From the NCBI RefSeq assembly GCF_006345805.1, contig NC_043020.1:19096001-19160000 (forward strand): DNA of 64,000 bases. Reading direction: 5' to 3'. Positions 24,735 through 36,753 of this stretch are shown here, piece by piece. The stretch is from Octopus sinensis (lineage: Eukaryota). The notes beneath the pieces are model-generated. The model searched no databases. It saw only the letters and a program-made list of their open reading frames with translations, and had not been told where the DNA came from. A program made the translations under genes and the position numbers. Position 1 is the stretch's first letter, and the number at the start of each line of letters is the position of its first letter.

Positions 24735-25054
24735 TGGAGGTGCAATGGCTCAGTGGTTAGGGCAGCGGACTTGCTGTTGGAGGATTGTGGTTTCAATTCC
24801 CAGACCGGGCATTGTGTGTGTTTATTGAGCGAAAACACCTAAAGCTCCACGAGGCTCCGGCAGGGGGCGGTGGCGACCTCTGTTGTACTCTTTCGCCCCA
24901 ACTTTCTCTCACTCTTTCTTCCTGCTTCTTGAGTAATGCTGTGATGGATTGGCATCCCGTTGAGCTGGGGGGAATACATACACCATAGAAACTGGGACAC
25001 CGGGCCCATGAACCTGGCTAGGCTTGAAAAAGGGCGCATAAATAAAAATAAATA
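24735..25054 (+). mobile_element. tRNA-headed SINE with V/Meta-type central domain
   Basis: A-box TGGCTCAGTGG, B-box-like GTTTCAATTCC, ...gagcgaaaacacct...gctgtgatggattggcatcccgt...A-rich tail. Confidence 0.75.
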
Positions 25055-25990
25055 AGTTTCTTGGTTATATATATATATAAGCCGCGAAAACTTTTTAAAT
25101 ATATATTTATATACACAGCTGGCCTTTTTCATTGTCAACACTATTGCAGCATCTCTGTTGTACTTGGTCTGTCTCCAAAAGTGAGTCCCTTGCCCCAAAT
25201 ATGCAAACCTTCTCTCTACTCAACAAGAAGGAAAGACAAGTCTATGCATTTGCAGCATCTTTGGCACCACAGGGAATGTCAAGTATTGGTTAAGTATAAC
25301 AGTGAATATCTGCTTTGGGGTTCCTCCCTGTGGATTTTCTATATAGGTTTATTCGCTTAGCCCTATTTAAATGCTCAGTAAATTTCTCCACATTATTGTT
25401 ATTGGGGGCATGGTTTGTGCAGGGCCAGTCCCGCTCATGCTCTTGCCCTTCAGATTTGTCTTGTACTGGTGTGGTGGAACAAATGTCTTAAGTCCAGTAG
25501 TTATCAGGATGCAGGACATGTTTGGGGCAACTTTGTCCTAGACGAGCAGCTAAAGAGCTGAAGGCCTTCATCTGCCCTAGATGCATCGGGGGTGTCTGAG
25601 TGACCTCCTTGAAGCAATTCCATGACATGTTAATTAACCCATAGCTGGGACCTTGACAAGTGCTACTACACTGGGTCAGAGAAGACCTGGGAATAAAAAT
25701 GGCCAAGAGGTGTTTCCTCAAAACTGTGAAACTACCAAACCAGGGCCCCACAACCAGATGATGTTTGAAGTCATACCCAAGACTAATACATATATACGCA
25801 TTGATATGTGCGAGTGTTTATATATATATATATTATTTAATATACTCAAAATTTAAATGCTAGCTACAGTTAGTTTCATGCCTCTGAAAATACTGTGGTT
25901 GCACAAGCTTGTATAGTGTGCCACTGTTATTCAGAGTCAATATATACTTGTCTATATGTGAGTGTGCATGCGCGCATATATATATATATA

Positions 25991-26155
25991 GTTGAAATCT
26001 ATAGAGAAAAAAAGATGAAGACAGGTGTATGAACAACAAGCAAGTATATTAGTTTGACACTCGGGGAAAATGGAAAAGTCTTTTACATTTCGAGCCCCTG
26101 CTCTTCAACAAAAAGGAGTAAGAGAAAATAAACAGAGAGAGAATGAAAAAAAAAC
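25991..26155 (-). mobile_element. Hammerhead-like repeat family 2
   Basis: Homologous to 45545-45750 and 51435-51595; 3' end abuts (TA)n. Confidence 0.7.
26079..26114 (-). ncRNA. Hammerhead-like motif with variant core
   Basis: Minus strand CTTT-TTGTTGA-A-GAGC-AGGG-GCTC-GAAA-TGT-A-AAAG; stems I and II and GAAA intact, core has U at positions 3 and 6. Confidence 0.55.
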
Positions 26156-26648
26156 TTAACATGCACACATGTATGTTTATTATTGTATAAGTCTCTGTAC
26201 ATTCACACAACCTTTCTCTTAACCAAACTAATTTCTACATATTTTGAACAGAGATATTTTGATATTCCATAATGCTCAACATTGGCATTATTCATTCATC
26301 TGTTTATCAATCTTCTCATTTATTTCTATGGGATATGGCAAATTTCTTTAGAGAGAGTCTTTAGTGTGTTTTTCAATGATTTTTTCCATATACTTGTATA
26401 CTAATGTTGTTGCTGTTTATGTTGTTGTTGGTTGGTCTAAAGGTGTTCCTAATGGCGTCTGTCTAATTACTGCAACTATTTCACTTTTTTCTTTAATTAA
26501 TATTTCTTTGGACTTGTTTTTATTTTCACTTTCCATTTGCGCCCTCCTTCCCTCATGTAAAGATTTTTTTTAGTTTTTTAAATTTAAATATCAGAGAAAA
26601 AAAAAAATTAAATAAAAGCATTTGTTTAATACTGTTTTATTATTATTA

Positions 26649-26686
<38 letters not shown>

Positions 26687-27075
26687 TAATTTTCTTCTGA
26701 TTAGTCTTTATTTTAATAGCAGTTGTTTTTGTCTGCTGTTGTTTTTGTTAGTTTACAATATTTGTTTTGCATTTTGTAATTTTTACCTGTTTTTAATGTT
26801 TTTTTTTTGTTTTGAAATTCTTTGATAGATTTCTGAGAAATATTTTTTTATCTCATTATTTTATTTAATTATTTTACTTAATTTTGTGAATTTATTGTTT
26901 ATTTCATTATCTATTTATACCATATTTTAATGCTTCTCTTTTTGTTTTTTGTTCCACATGGAATATACAAAATCAATAATAATAATAATAATAACTAGTA
27001 TATCATGATGAGTCTTTTAAAATTAACGATGGTAATAATGAATTCGCTAATACTACCATTAACACTCATTATACT

Positions 27076-27112
<37 letters not shown>

Positions 27113-27373
27113 TTAGTGATTATAAAAATAACAATGAGGATTGTGACAGGAGACTAATATTTTTTTTGTATTACATTATTATTTACCTATTGCTTATTTT
27201 TCCAAATTTGTATATATTTATTCACACACACACACACACACATGCATGCACGAGAGAGGGAGGGAGAGAGAAAGAGGGAGAAGGTGAGGAGTTTCAAACA
27301 TTATGCTTATTTCACTTATGATGACTTTAAAATTACATCCATATATCTATCTATGTATCAGTCTATCTCTCCA

Positions 27374-27418
<45 letters not shown>

Positions 27419-27984
27419 CTATATATATATATATATACACACACATGTCAACATGGAAAGTGGATGCTAAATGATGTGTGTGTGCACATGTATTATACTT
27501 ACACACACACACACACACTTTTGATATGTTGATGAGGGATTCACTCATGAATGACAAATGAAGGTTCAGTAAAATAAAGCATTAATCGTATTCTATGGAC
27601 ATGAATGTGTCTCTTGAGGCCAGCTGGTGCCTTGCAAACCTTTTGGCAAATGAAACATAATTACATACAAATGAAACATACATACATACAAACATACATA
27701 CGTACATACATACATACACACATACATACATACATACATGCATACATACATACATATATATAACTGGATCTCTTCCTGTCAGGTGTCCCAGATGAACCAA
27801 CTTCACGGCAGGAGGTGCAGATGAGGGCAGCTGCATCAAACTCTCTCATGCACCAAATGGCAATTGCTAAAAAGCATCCGTGAAGTAAAATCATGTAGCA
27901 ACACTGAATGGCGGTGCCCCAGAATGGCCAAAGCTCGTGAGCTGAAACTAGATAAAATATAAAATATATATATATATATATATA

Positions 27985-28345
27985 TAATATTATTAGTGAA
28001 TTGAAGAAATGGAGTTGAACGAATTCCCAACGGATTTCCTATTTCTTCCTGAAGAGAAAGACACAATATGGTCTCCTTATTCATCGGAATTTGGTAAATT
28101 GTGCCTTTCAAAACACGTGTAGAATGCAATAAAACGATTTCTGTTCAATCTTCGTTCAACTCCATTTCTTCAATTCACTAATAATATTAAAATTCAATTA
28201 TCCGCACCAACGCACGGTTGCAACACCATATGGTTGTACCTCCAACCGTGCTGTCTTCTGCTGTGATTTTTGCTACCAAGGTATCGGTTAAACTTTTGAT
28301 TAATCTGCAACAAGATTATTCATCTTTCTATTTCACAAAATATAT
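27985..28345 (+). mobile_element. PLE pLTR-like element with perfect 39-bp inverted repeat and a hammerhead (family 3)
   Basis: 27985-28023 is the exact reverse complement of 28151-28189; hammerhead lies between them; (TA)n on both sides. Confidence 0.7.
28040..28131 (+). ncRNA. Type-I hammerhead motif with long stem II (G12A)
   Basis: TATT-TC-TTC-CTGAAGA-GAAAGACACAAT...ATTGTGCCTTTC-AAAA-CACGTG-T-A-GAA-TGC-AATA: 11/12-bp stem II, palindromic ACACGTGT stem III, stem I TTC/GAA plus TATT/AATA. Confidence 0.75.
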
Positions 28346-28544
28346 ATATATATGATGATGATGATATATATATACACACACACATATACTCATACATACA
28401 TGTACACATATACACATACACAAACATCTATATTCATCTATGTGTGTGTATAATAGTTTATTGTAATATTTTTAAGACAATGGATATGTATGCATACATT
28501 TTTTGTGCCCGTGTATGTTTTGGGTGCTTTGTGTCTGTCTTCAC

Positions 28545-29980
28545 TTGAACCAGGGCTGCTGCTCCGTCAGTGATACAGGCTGGAGAAAAAAAAAACTTAG
28601 CAGCCAATGACCACAAGTCGCCAAGGAATTGCTGGAGATGTCACATGACTGTGTTTCATCAGTACCAGATGGCCATTCCTGCAGGTAGTAGGTGTTGACA
28701 GCAAATGGAGTACTTAACCAGTGGAATGCATTCATTCCAAAAAAAAAAAAAAAACAAGAGCAGAGAGGTCAGTCAGGTCTGACATGAACTGGATCAAGAC
28801 ACAATGGTCAAGTGGGGATAGATGATGGATGCAGTGTAGACATTAGCAACCACTGCCTGACCTTTTAGGGATTGCTTTTTCTCAACATATTTCCATGCAA
28901 GACTGGCCACCTTACTCTGTCACCTCATTCCACTTCTCCACTTGGAGATTGAGACTAAGTCAGATCCTAAGCTATTGAACTGGTTTGTCTAGATCTCTGT
29001 AGGGCCATTGGGTAGTCTGAACCTGTCTGTTTTGACTGCCATGGTGCTGTCCAGGCTTGCATGCTGCTATCCGGACCTCCATGGTGTTGTTGGATGGTAT
29101 GAACCTGTCTGTCAAGCTGTGAAGCTGCGAGCCCCATTGACTTTTCATGGTTGATTTCTGCTCCTCTTATTGCCTTGAACTCCTTGGAACAGTACCAATC
29201 ACCTAAATGTGTTTGGTGTTACGTTTGCCAACATAACATGGCAGTCCTGGTTTAAGACGAATGTTGCTGTAATTTAGCCCCTGGAGACATCGTCTCCAGC
29301 TGGCTATACGGCACGATCTGTGTCCTTATATTTTCGAACAAGGGAATCTAGCATCTCCAGTCAGCTCAAAACAATATCTGCCATGTTATGTTGGCTATTC
29401 TTTACTACAAATTACTGTTGTTGAATATCTCTCGTTGTGAGATTTAAAGATAGTAATATACCATCTTATATGTTGACTGATTTTTACATCCTAGTTCACA
29501 CAGGATGCTCATCAACTCTCTGCAGTAGTGGTTTGAGAGTCAGTACATACCAAAGAGATGGTATGAAATAACCTTGATGGATTGCAGTGGTTCTGATCTG
29601 TGGCCAATCATTCTCGCCACTGACAGATGTTTCTCTACTTAGAAACTAGGATGCATCCTGTTTCTTGTATTATTTAGGAGTGTCAGCTCAGACTGTTTGG
29701 CCACAATGGTCAATTTTCTGAGTTAGACCCTGCTTGCCATGTTTTCTTCACTAATGATCTAGCTGGGTTGGTCATGTTGGTCCACCACATTCCAGATGAG
29801 GAGATACTCCGCAGGGATGGGGACTGACTGGAACTCTGCCCAATGCGTCACACAGGAGGACTTGGGAATATACTGATAAGTGGCAAATGCAGCCATGTGC
29901 AGCAACAGTGCATTCCCCCACACTTGACCTGTGACAATCCAGTTCTTGAAGGTAGAACTAATACTAACTATTGTAAGGAC
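28545..29980 (-). mobile_element. L1/Tx1-clade LINE reverse-transcriptase remnant
   Basis: Minus translations QGYFIPSLWYVLTLKPLLQ (QGCPLSPLLYVLALEPLL), ITIFKRNTKHI*VIG, FKAIRGAEINHEKSMGL, SLKGQAVVANVYTASIIYPHLTIVS, IPLVKYSICCQH; heavily frameshifted. Confidence 0.75.
29227..29445 (+). mobile_element. Helentron-associated (HINE/DINE-1-like) non-autonomous element inserted in the LINE
   Basis: Perfect 18-bp subterminal IR GCCAACATAACATGGCAG (29227-29244) / CTGCCATGTTATGTTGGC (29378-29395); hairpin ATCTCTCGTTGTGAGAT 31 nt downstream; T-runs at both ends; removal restores the LINE frame. Confidence 0.6.
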
Positions 29981-30164
29981 AGCCGTTTAAGTATTGGAGA
30001 TTAGGTATTCAGAAGCCTCTTAACCAGGTTTTTTTGTTAAAACACAGTTAATCAAAATAAACTTATGAGTGACCTGAAAGGCGTTTTTCAGAACAAAGAC
30101 AAAATACTACTAGTGCTGCTGTTGCTAATAAAAACAATAATAATTATAATAATAAACATAAATT

Positions 30165-30377
30165 GTTTTCCAATTTTGGCACATGGCCAGCAAATTTGGG
30201 GCACAGGATAAGTTAGTTACATCAACCTCAGTATTCTACTGGTACTTATTTTATTGATCCTGAATGGGGTCAAATGCAAAGTTGACCTCAGTGGAATTTG
30301 ATCTCAGAATGTAAAGAGGGATTAAATACTTCTAAGCACTTCACCCAGCATGCTATCAATTCTGTCAGCTCACTGCC

Positions 30378-30380
<3 letters not shown>
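30165..30380 (-). mobile_element. SINE family C copy
   Basis: ggccagcaaattt...tggtacttattttattgatcc...gcaaagttgacctcagtggaatttg...ctgtcagctcactgcctt(aat)n. Confidence 0.8.
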
Positions 30381-30413
<33 letters not shown>

Positions 30414-30504
30414 GTAATTTTGGCACAAAGCCAGCAATTTCAGGAGAAGGGGGAGGAAAATTACATTTATTCCAAATCTTAATCAGTTTGGTAACAAAAT
30501 AATA

Positions 30505-30719
30505 TTCTTTTATTCTATTACTTGTTTCAGTCATTTGACTGTGGCCATGCTGGAGTACTGTCTTTAGTCGAGCAAATCGACCCCAGTGCTTATTCTTTGT
30601 AAGCCTAGTACTTATTCTATCAGTCACTTTTGCTGAGCTGCTAAGTTACGGGGACATAAACGCACCAGCATCGGTTGTCAAGCGATGTTGTGGGAGACAA
30701 ACACAGACACACAAACATT

Positions 30720-30758
<39 letters not shown>

Positions 30759-30913
30759 CGATGGGCTTCTTCCAGTTTCCGTCCACCAAATCCACTTTGG
30801 TTGGGCTGAGGCTATAGTAGAAGACACTTGCCCAAGGTACCACGCAGTGGGACTGAACCCAGGACCATGTTGTTGGTAAGCAAGCTGCTTACCACACAGC
30901 CACTCCTGCACCT
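30505..30913 (-). mobile_element. SINE family A, near full length
   Basis: Reverse complement of the 12938 copy including the internal (TA)n. Confidence 0.9.
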
Positions 30914-30999
30914 ATGAAATATTTTTGTTAAAATACAGTTAAACAAAATAAACTTATGAGTGATCTGAAGGGTGTTTTTCAGTACGAAAACAAAATGAA

Positions 31000-31113
31000 A
31001 AGATGAAAGGCAAAGTTGACCTAGGTGGAATTTGAACTCAGAATGAAAAGATGGGTGAAATACCGCAAACATTTTGCATGGCACGCTAATGATTCTACCA
31101 GTTTGCTACCTTA

Positions 31114-31148
<35 letters not shown>

Positions 31149-31155
31149 AAAAATG

Positions 31156-31193
<38 letters not shown>

Positions 31194-31410
31194 CATCATC
31201 ATCATCCTTTCTGCTATGAGCACAAAGCCTGAAATTGTTTGTTGGTGGGCGGTGCCCCTAAAGCACAAATGGTACTTATGTTATCAACCCAAACAGGATG
31301 AAAGGCAAGATCGACCTCGGTGCCTTTGGAACTTGGAATGTAAAAAGCTGGAAGTAAGGCCATAAAGCATTTTTTTTTTCTTGGCATTCTAATGATTCTG
31401 CCAGCTTGCC
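31000..31410 (-). mobile_element. SINE family C, two partial copies separated by (AAT)n
   Basis: aaggcaaagttgacc...ctaatgattctaccag and aaggcaagatcgacc...ctaatgattctgccagc. Confidence 0.75.
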
Positions 31411-31706
31411 ACCATAATAATAATAATAATGATAATAATAATAATAATGCGAAAACAGTTGTGATTATTATTATTATTAGGGATGGGGGACTGGAAGACT
31501 TATTAGAGCAATTGTTGTTGGACTAAATGTCTGGATTATTATTATTATTATTATCTGATCGTTCTGGTATTCTGCTGTGCAAATGCAGGAATAGAGTGCA
31601 GGAACAGATAGCATCTATTTTCTGCTGCCAAACCCTTATGTTTCCATCACTGCAATGGCAAAGACCATTCTCTTCACACTGGTCAGGGGAATGACGATGC
31701 TGATGC

Positions 31707-31748
<42 letters not shown>

Positions 31749-32319
31749 TGATAGAGAAGGGGAATAGGAAGTGTGGTGAATTAATGGAATAAAACGGAAA
31801 GGGGTGAGGATGGAATAGGTCTTCAGAAAATAATTCTTCATATCAATGGAGGAATTCTTTTTTTTCTCTTTTTTTCCTAGAACTAGTTTTCCTCATAATT
31901 AAATCATTGATTTATGCATAAATGAGTTTCACTCCTTCTACTTCTCCTCCTCTCCTCTTCCTCTTTTCCATCTTTCTCATTCTTGTCTTCCATCTTCGTC
32001 TTCTCTTTCCTTTTTCCTTCAATCTTCTGTTCTTCATCCGTCTTCTTCAGTCCTCTGTCTCATGCCTCCTGTCTTCTGTCTTCCAAGTAATTCTTTCTTA
32101 TTATTTTCTGCTGCTGCTGCTGCTGTTGTTGTTGTTGTTGTTACAGTTCTGTTTCTGTTGTTGCTGTTCTAGTTATAGCTTCACTTGGAATGAAGACTGT
32201 TCTACCATCACTATTGAAATTGTTTGTATCACTGTTGTTGATGTTGTTTGTGTGATGGTGGTGGTGATGGTAGTAGTAGTAATACCTTTATATTTAACTG
32301 ATAAGGTTATATGCATGTA

Positions 32320-32323
32320 TGCG

Positions 32324-32354
<31 letters not shown>

Positions 32355-32375
32355 ATATATATATGTGTGTGTGCG

Positions 32376-32408
<33 letters not shown>

Positions 32409-32504
32409 ATGTGTGTGTGTGTATATATATATATGTGTGTGTGTGTGTATATATAATATGTGTGTGTGTATATATATATGTGTGTGTGTGTGTGTATATA
32501 TATA

Positions 32505-32547
<43 letters not shown>

Positions 32548-32720
32548 ATATATATATATGTGTGTGTATATATATATATATGTGTGTGTATATATATATA
32601 TATGTGTGTGTGTGTATATATATATGTGTGTGTGTGGATATATATATATATATATGTGTGTGTATATTTATATATATATATATGTGTGTGTTTGTATGTG
32701 CATATATGTGTATGTAAATT
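32320..32720. repeat. Compound (GT)n(AT)n microsatellite array
   Basis: Direct inspection. Confidence 0.95.
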
Positions 32721-32749
32721 ATATATATATGTATGTATATTTTATATTT

Positions 32750-33136
32750 TTTATTTTTTTACACTTTTTAATCATCAGACTGTGGCCATGCTGGGGCACC
32801 ACCTTGAACTTTTAGCTGAACAAATCAACCCAGGACTTATGTTTTAAGCCTGGTACTTATTGCTATCTGTCTCTTTTGCCAAACCGCTAAGTTACGGGGA
32901 TGCAAATACACAAACACCAGTTGTCAAGCAGTGGTAGTTGGGGACAAACACACAGACACATACATAGATATATATGCATCTACAATAGGCTTCTTTCAGT
33001 TTCCCTCTACCAAATCCACTCATAAGACTTTTGTCGGCCCAAAGCTATAGTAGAAGACACTTGGCCAAGGTGCCACGCTGTGGGACTGAACCCGGAGCCA
33101 TATGTTTAGGAAGCAAGCTTCTTACCACACAGCCAT
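32750..33136 (-). mobile_element. SINE family A copy
   Basis: gactgtggccatgctggggcacc ... gacacttggccaaggtgccacgctgtgggactgaacc...cttaccacacagcca. Confidence 0.9.
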
Positions 33137-33145
33137 GTCTATGTA

Positions 33146-33193
<48 letters not shown>

Positions 33194-33194
<1 letters not shown>

Positions 33195-33577
33195 CTTCTC
33201 TATATATAAACGGCAGTTTGTCTGTGTGCGTGTCTGTGTGTCTGTCAGGTTGTACCCTCACCCTGACCACGGCTTTCAACCGATTCTGATGAAACCTGAC
33301 ACACACATAGCCCAATGTCATAATTCAAAACTAACCCAGCGAAAATTTTGAAAAGTTCCCCCAGTTCTGAAAAAAATCGATAAATTCAACATGGGGTTGA
33401 GAATCGGAAACACAAACCACAGACTGTCTAGGGGACGCAACTCGACCTTTTTAACTCTCAAAAAAAATTTACCATAATTTTTCCCCATTTTTTTGCTATT
33501 TTTGGGCTATAACTCTCTAAAAATGCTTTATAGTTATTTCCCTTACAAACCCGAGCAACGCCGGGCGATACTGCTAG
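33194..33577 (+). mobile_element. Non-autonomous Helitron (384 bp)
   Basis: A|TCTTCTCTATATATAAA 5' end, (GTCT/GTGT) tract, 3' hairpin CCCGAGCAACGCCGGG then CTAG|T; A-T target, no TSD. Confidence 0.9.
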
Positions 33578-34032
33578 TATATATATATATATATTTCAGC
33601 AAGATGTTTTCCTCTCACCCATAGAATCCTCTCAAACTGTCCTACCCATGCCAGCATGGAAAATGGGCAAATAATCTCTTCAGCTATTCAAACCTCTTCC
33701 TTTTGTTGTTGTTATTATTATTATTATTATTATTGTTATTGTTGTTATTTGTAGTAATAGTGGCAGTAGTTATATTTAGCTGCAAAGGTCATGTAGCAAT
33801 TGTATTATGTCTCTTACTCTCTCTCCTTCTCTTTCTCTCTCTCTCTCTCTTGCTTTCTGTCTGTGCTTCTGTTTTCTCTCTCTCTCTCTCTCTTCCTCCC
33901 CCAGATTTTTCTTTCCTTCTTACACTACCCCCTACACCCACTACCCGTCTGATTCTGCCTCCTGTCTTGATTGTCCATCCAAATCTTTTCATCTTTACCG
34001 CTGTAGTTAGAAAGACATACATACATACATAT

Positions 34033-34085
<53 letters not shown>

Positions 34086-34628
34086 CACACACACACACAT
34101 CTACAGAGAGAGAGTGAACGACGGAGAGAAATTGAGGGAAAGCGGAGATGATAGAATGGGTGAAAGAGTCAGAGACTGATAGATATGCAGAGCCATATTT
34201 CTGTGACTGAGCCTGAAACTTCTATGATTTCACTGAGAAGAAACTAACTTGATTGCCATTGCACGGCAGGTCGGTTGGTCGGTCGGTCGGTTAGCGCATT
34301 TCTTATGGTTATTAGATTGGTGCAGTGGTATGAGGAGAGCCGATGGAAGACGCTGAGGCAGAAGATAATATATAAATGAAATTTAATAAATCAAATGAAA
34401 AGAAATGACATGAAATGAAACGAGACGTAAAGCAATGCAAGAAATAAAAAAAAATTTGAAAAAAATTTAAGACCAAAAGAAAATTTTAAAAAATCACACC
34501 CACACACATTCTATCTCCATGTATAGACATATGAACACGTATTTAAGTGCTTAAACTCTTTTACACACACACACACACAGCTGTGTGTGTGTGTATATAT
34601 ATGTATCATCATCATATATATATATATA

Positions 34629-34660
<32 letters not shown>

Positions 34661-34673
34661 GATCGTTCTGATA

Positions 34674-35070
34674 TTTAAGCCTGGTACTTATTGCTATCTG
34701 TCTCTTTTGCCAAACCGCTAAGTTACAGGGATGCAAACACACAAACACCAGTTGTCAAGCAGTGGTAGTTGGGGACAAACACACAGACACATATACATAC
34801 ATAGATATATATACGTCTACAACAGGCTTCTTTCAGTTTCCCTCTACCAAATCCACTCACAAGACTTTCGTCGGCCCAAAGCTATAGTAGAAGACACTTG
34901 GCCAATGAATATAGGTGTGATTGTGTGGTATGCAGTTTGCTTCCCAGCCACATGGTTCCAGGTTCAGTTCCACTGCATGGCACCTTGGACAAGTGTCTTC
35001 TACTATAGCCTCTGTCTGACCACAGCCTTGCGAGTGGATTTGGTAGATAGAAACTGAAAGAAACCCGTTG
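34674..35070. mobile_element. Two partial SINE family A copies: 34674-34905 (-) and 34912-35070 (+)
   Basis: Minus part nearly identical to 32843-33068; plus part is a 5' half. Confidence 0.85.
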
Positions 35071-35072
35071 TA

Positions 35073-35123
<51 letters not shown>

Positions 35124-35184
35124 CCAACCCATGCTAGCATGGAAAGCGGACGCTAAACGATTATATATATATATAATATATATA

Positions 35185-35254
<70 letters not shown>

Positions 35255-35745
35255 GTTGGTCCAGAAATGTTTAGATATGGATTTAGTATTTTTACTGTTC
35301 TAAACTAGGTGAAATGTTGATGAGAAAATATGAAAATTATTGAATAAAAACGATAAGACTTGAACATAGTCAAGTATTTAATGTAGCATGCATAAGAGAA
35401 TGGCTGCTCCCCATATATATGAACTCCTCCTCATCCTCATCATCATCATTATCATCATCATCATCATCCATTTTCCATGTAGGTTTCACTGTCTGTATTG
35501 ACGTGGTTTTTATGGCTGGATGCCCTTTCTAACACCAACCACCTTACATGTACACACACGCACACACAGACACACATGTATATATTTGCTTACATACATA
35601 GATTACATACTTTTCCCATCTTGTAAGGTCATTTACCCATTATTTCTGCATCTAATGGCTATACTGCATTCGAAAAGTTATCAGCTTCTTGTTTGTATTG
35701 TACAATACACATTTCGACTCTTCTGATAAGAACAAATGTAGGTTT

Positions 35746-35789
<44 letters not shown>

Positions 35790-36753
35790 ACAATTGAGGG
35801 TAAAATTAATTAATTAATCAATTTCACCAAGTGTTCAGTATGTAAAAGGACCATTTAAGGCGAATTCAAAATATTACATTATATAATTAGGGCTTAGTAA
35901 AATAAATTACTTTGCCACATACTGAACTTAGTAGAAATAGCAGCCAAAAAAAATTTTCTTAGCATTTCTACTACTTAAAGAAAATTTCTCTCAGATAATG
36001 TTTACTTCAGACAGCTCACGAAGGTTTTATATATATATATATATATATATATGAGAGCTTCACTTAGTTTCCAGGGCTTTTGCAGAAGACATTTGTGCAA
36101 AGTACCATGCAGTTGAACTGAACCAAGAACCATGTGTTTGAGAAGTGAATTTCTTAGACACACAGCCATGTATCCACTACACATAGATATATATATGTAC
36201 ATATATTTGTTTTTACATATTCTTAGAAACTCACAGACACACACACGCAAATAGACAATATTTGGTTTTAAATGAAGGAAAGCGTCTGTGTAAAGTATTT
36301 CTATCTTACTTCTTTATCCAATTCCATTTCTGTGACCCACATTTTCTCAACAAGTCTTTGAGACTGTTCCGGAAAATAGAATTTTCAATTTGTTTTATTT
36401 TATTTATTTGATAATTAACTTTCAATCATTTTTTTTTTTTGTTTAAAAATATTTTTTTCCCATTTAATTTCGTGTTTTGTTTTTTATATTTCTGTTCTTC
36501 TAGAAATCCATAAAAAGATAAAGGTGTTTGTGTTGGCTGGGGTGAAAGAAGACTTGTAGTTGTTGGATAGTTAAAGATAGGGGCAGAAAACATAGTTAAT
36601 AATAAAACAAAAGAAAATTATTGTTTGTATTTTTGAAATTTTCGAAATATAAATAAAATTCTTACAGTTTCCTCGTTTTTAGAAAATTCCTTTTATTCCT
36701 TCATTCAAGATCAATGAGTAAAACAAAGGGAAACCAACTAGAGACCCTCTGTA

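Noticed and set aside
29270-29310. Hairpin followed by GGCTAA on the minus strand as HDV-like P4/J4-2
   Set aside because: GGCTA pairs with TAGCC as an extension of the same hairpin; P1/P2/P3 could not be built.
35785-36030. (TA)n-flanked segment with short inverted repeats as another hammerhead element
   Set aside because: Inverted repeats are present (GTTCAGTATGT/ACATACTGAAC) but no hammerhead core on either strand.
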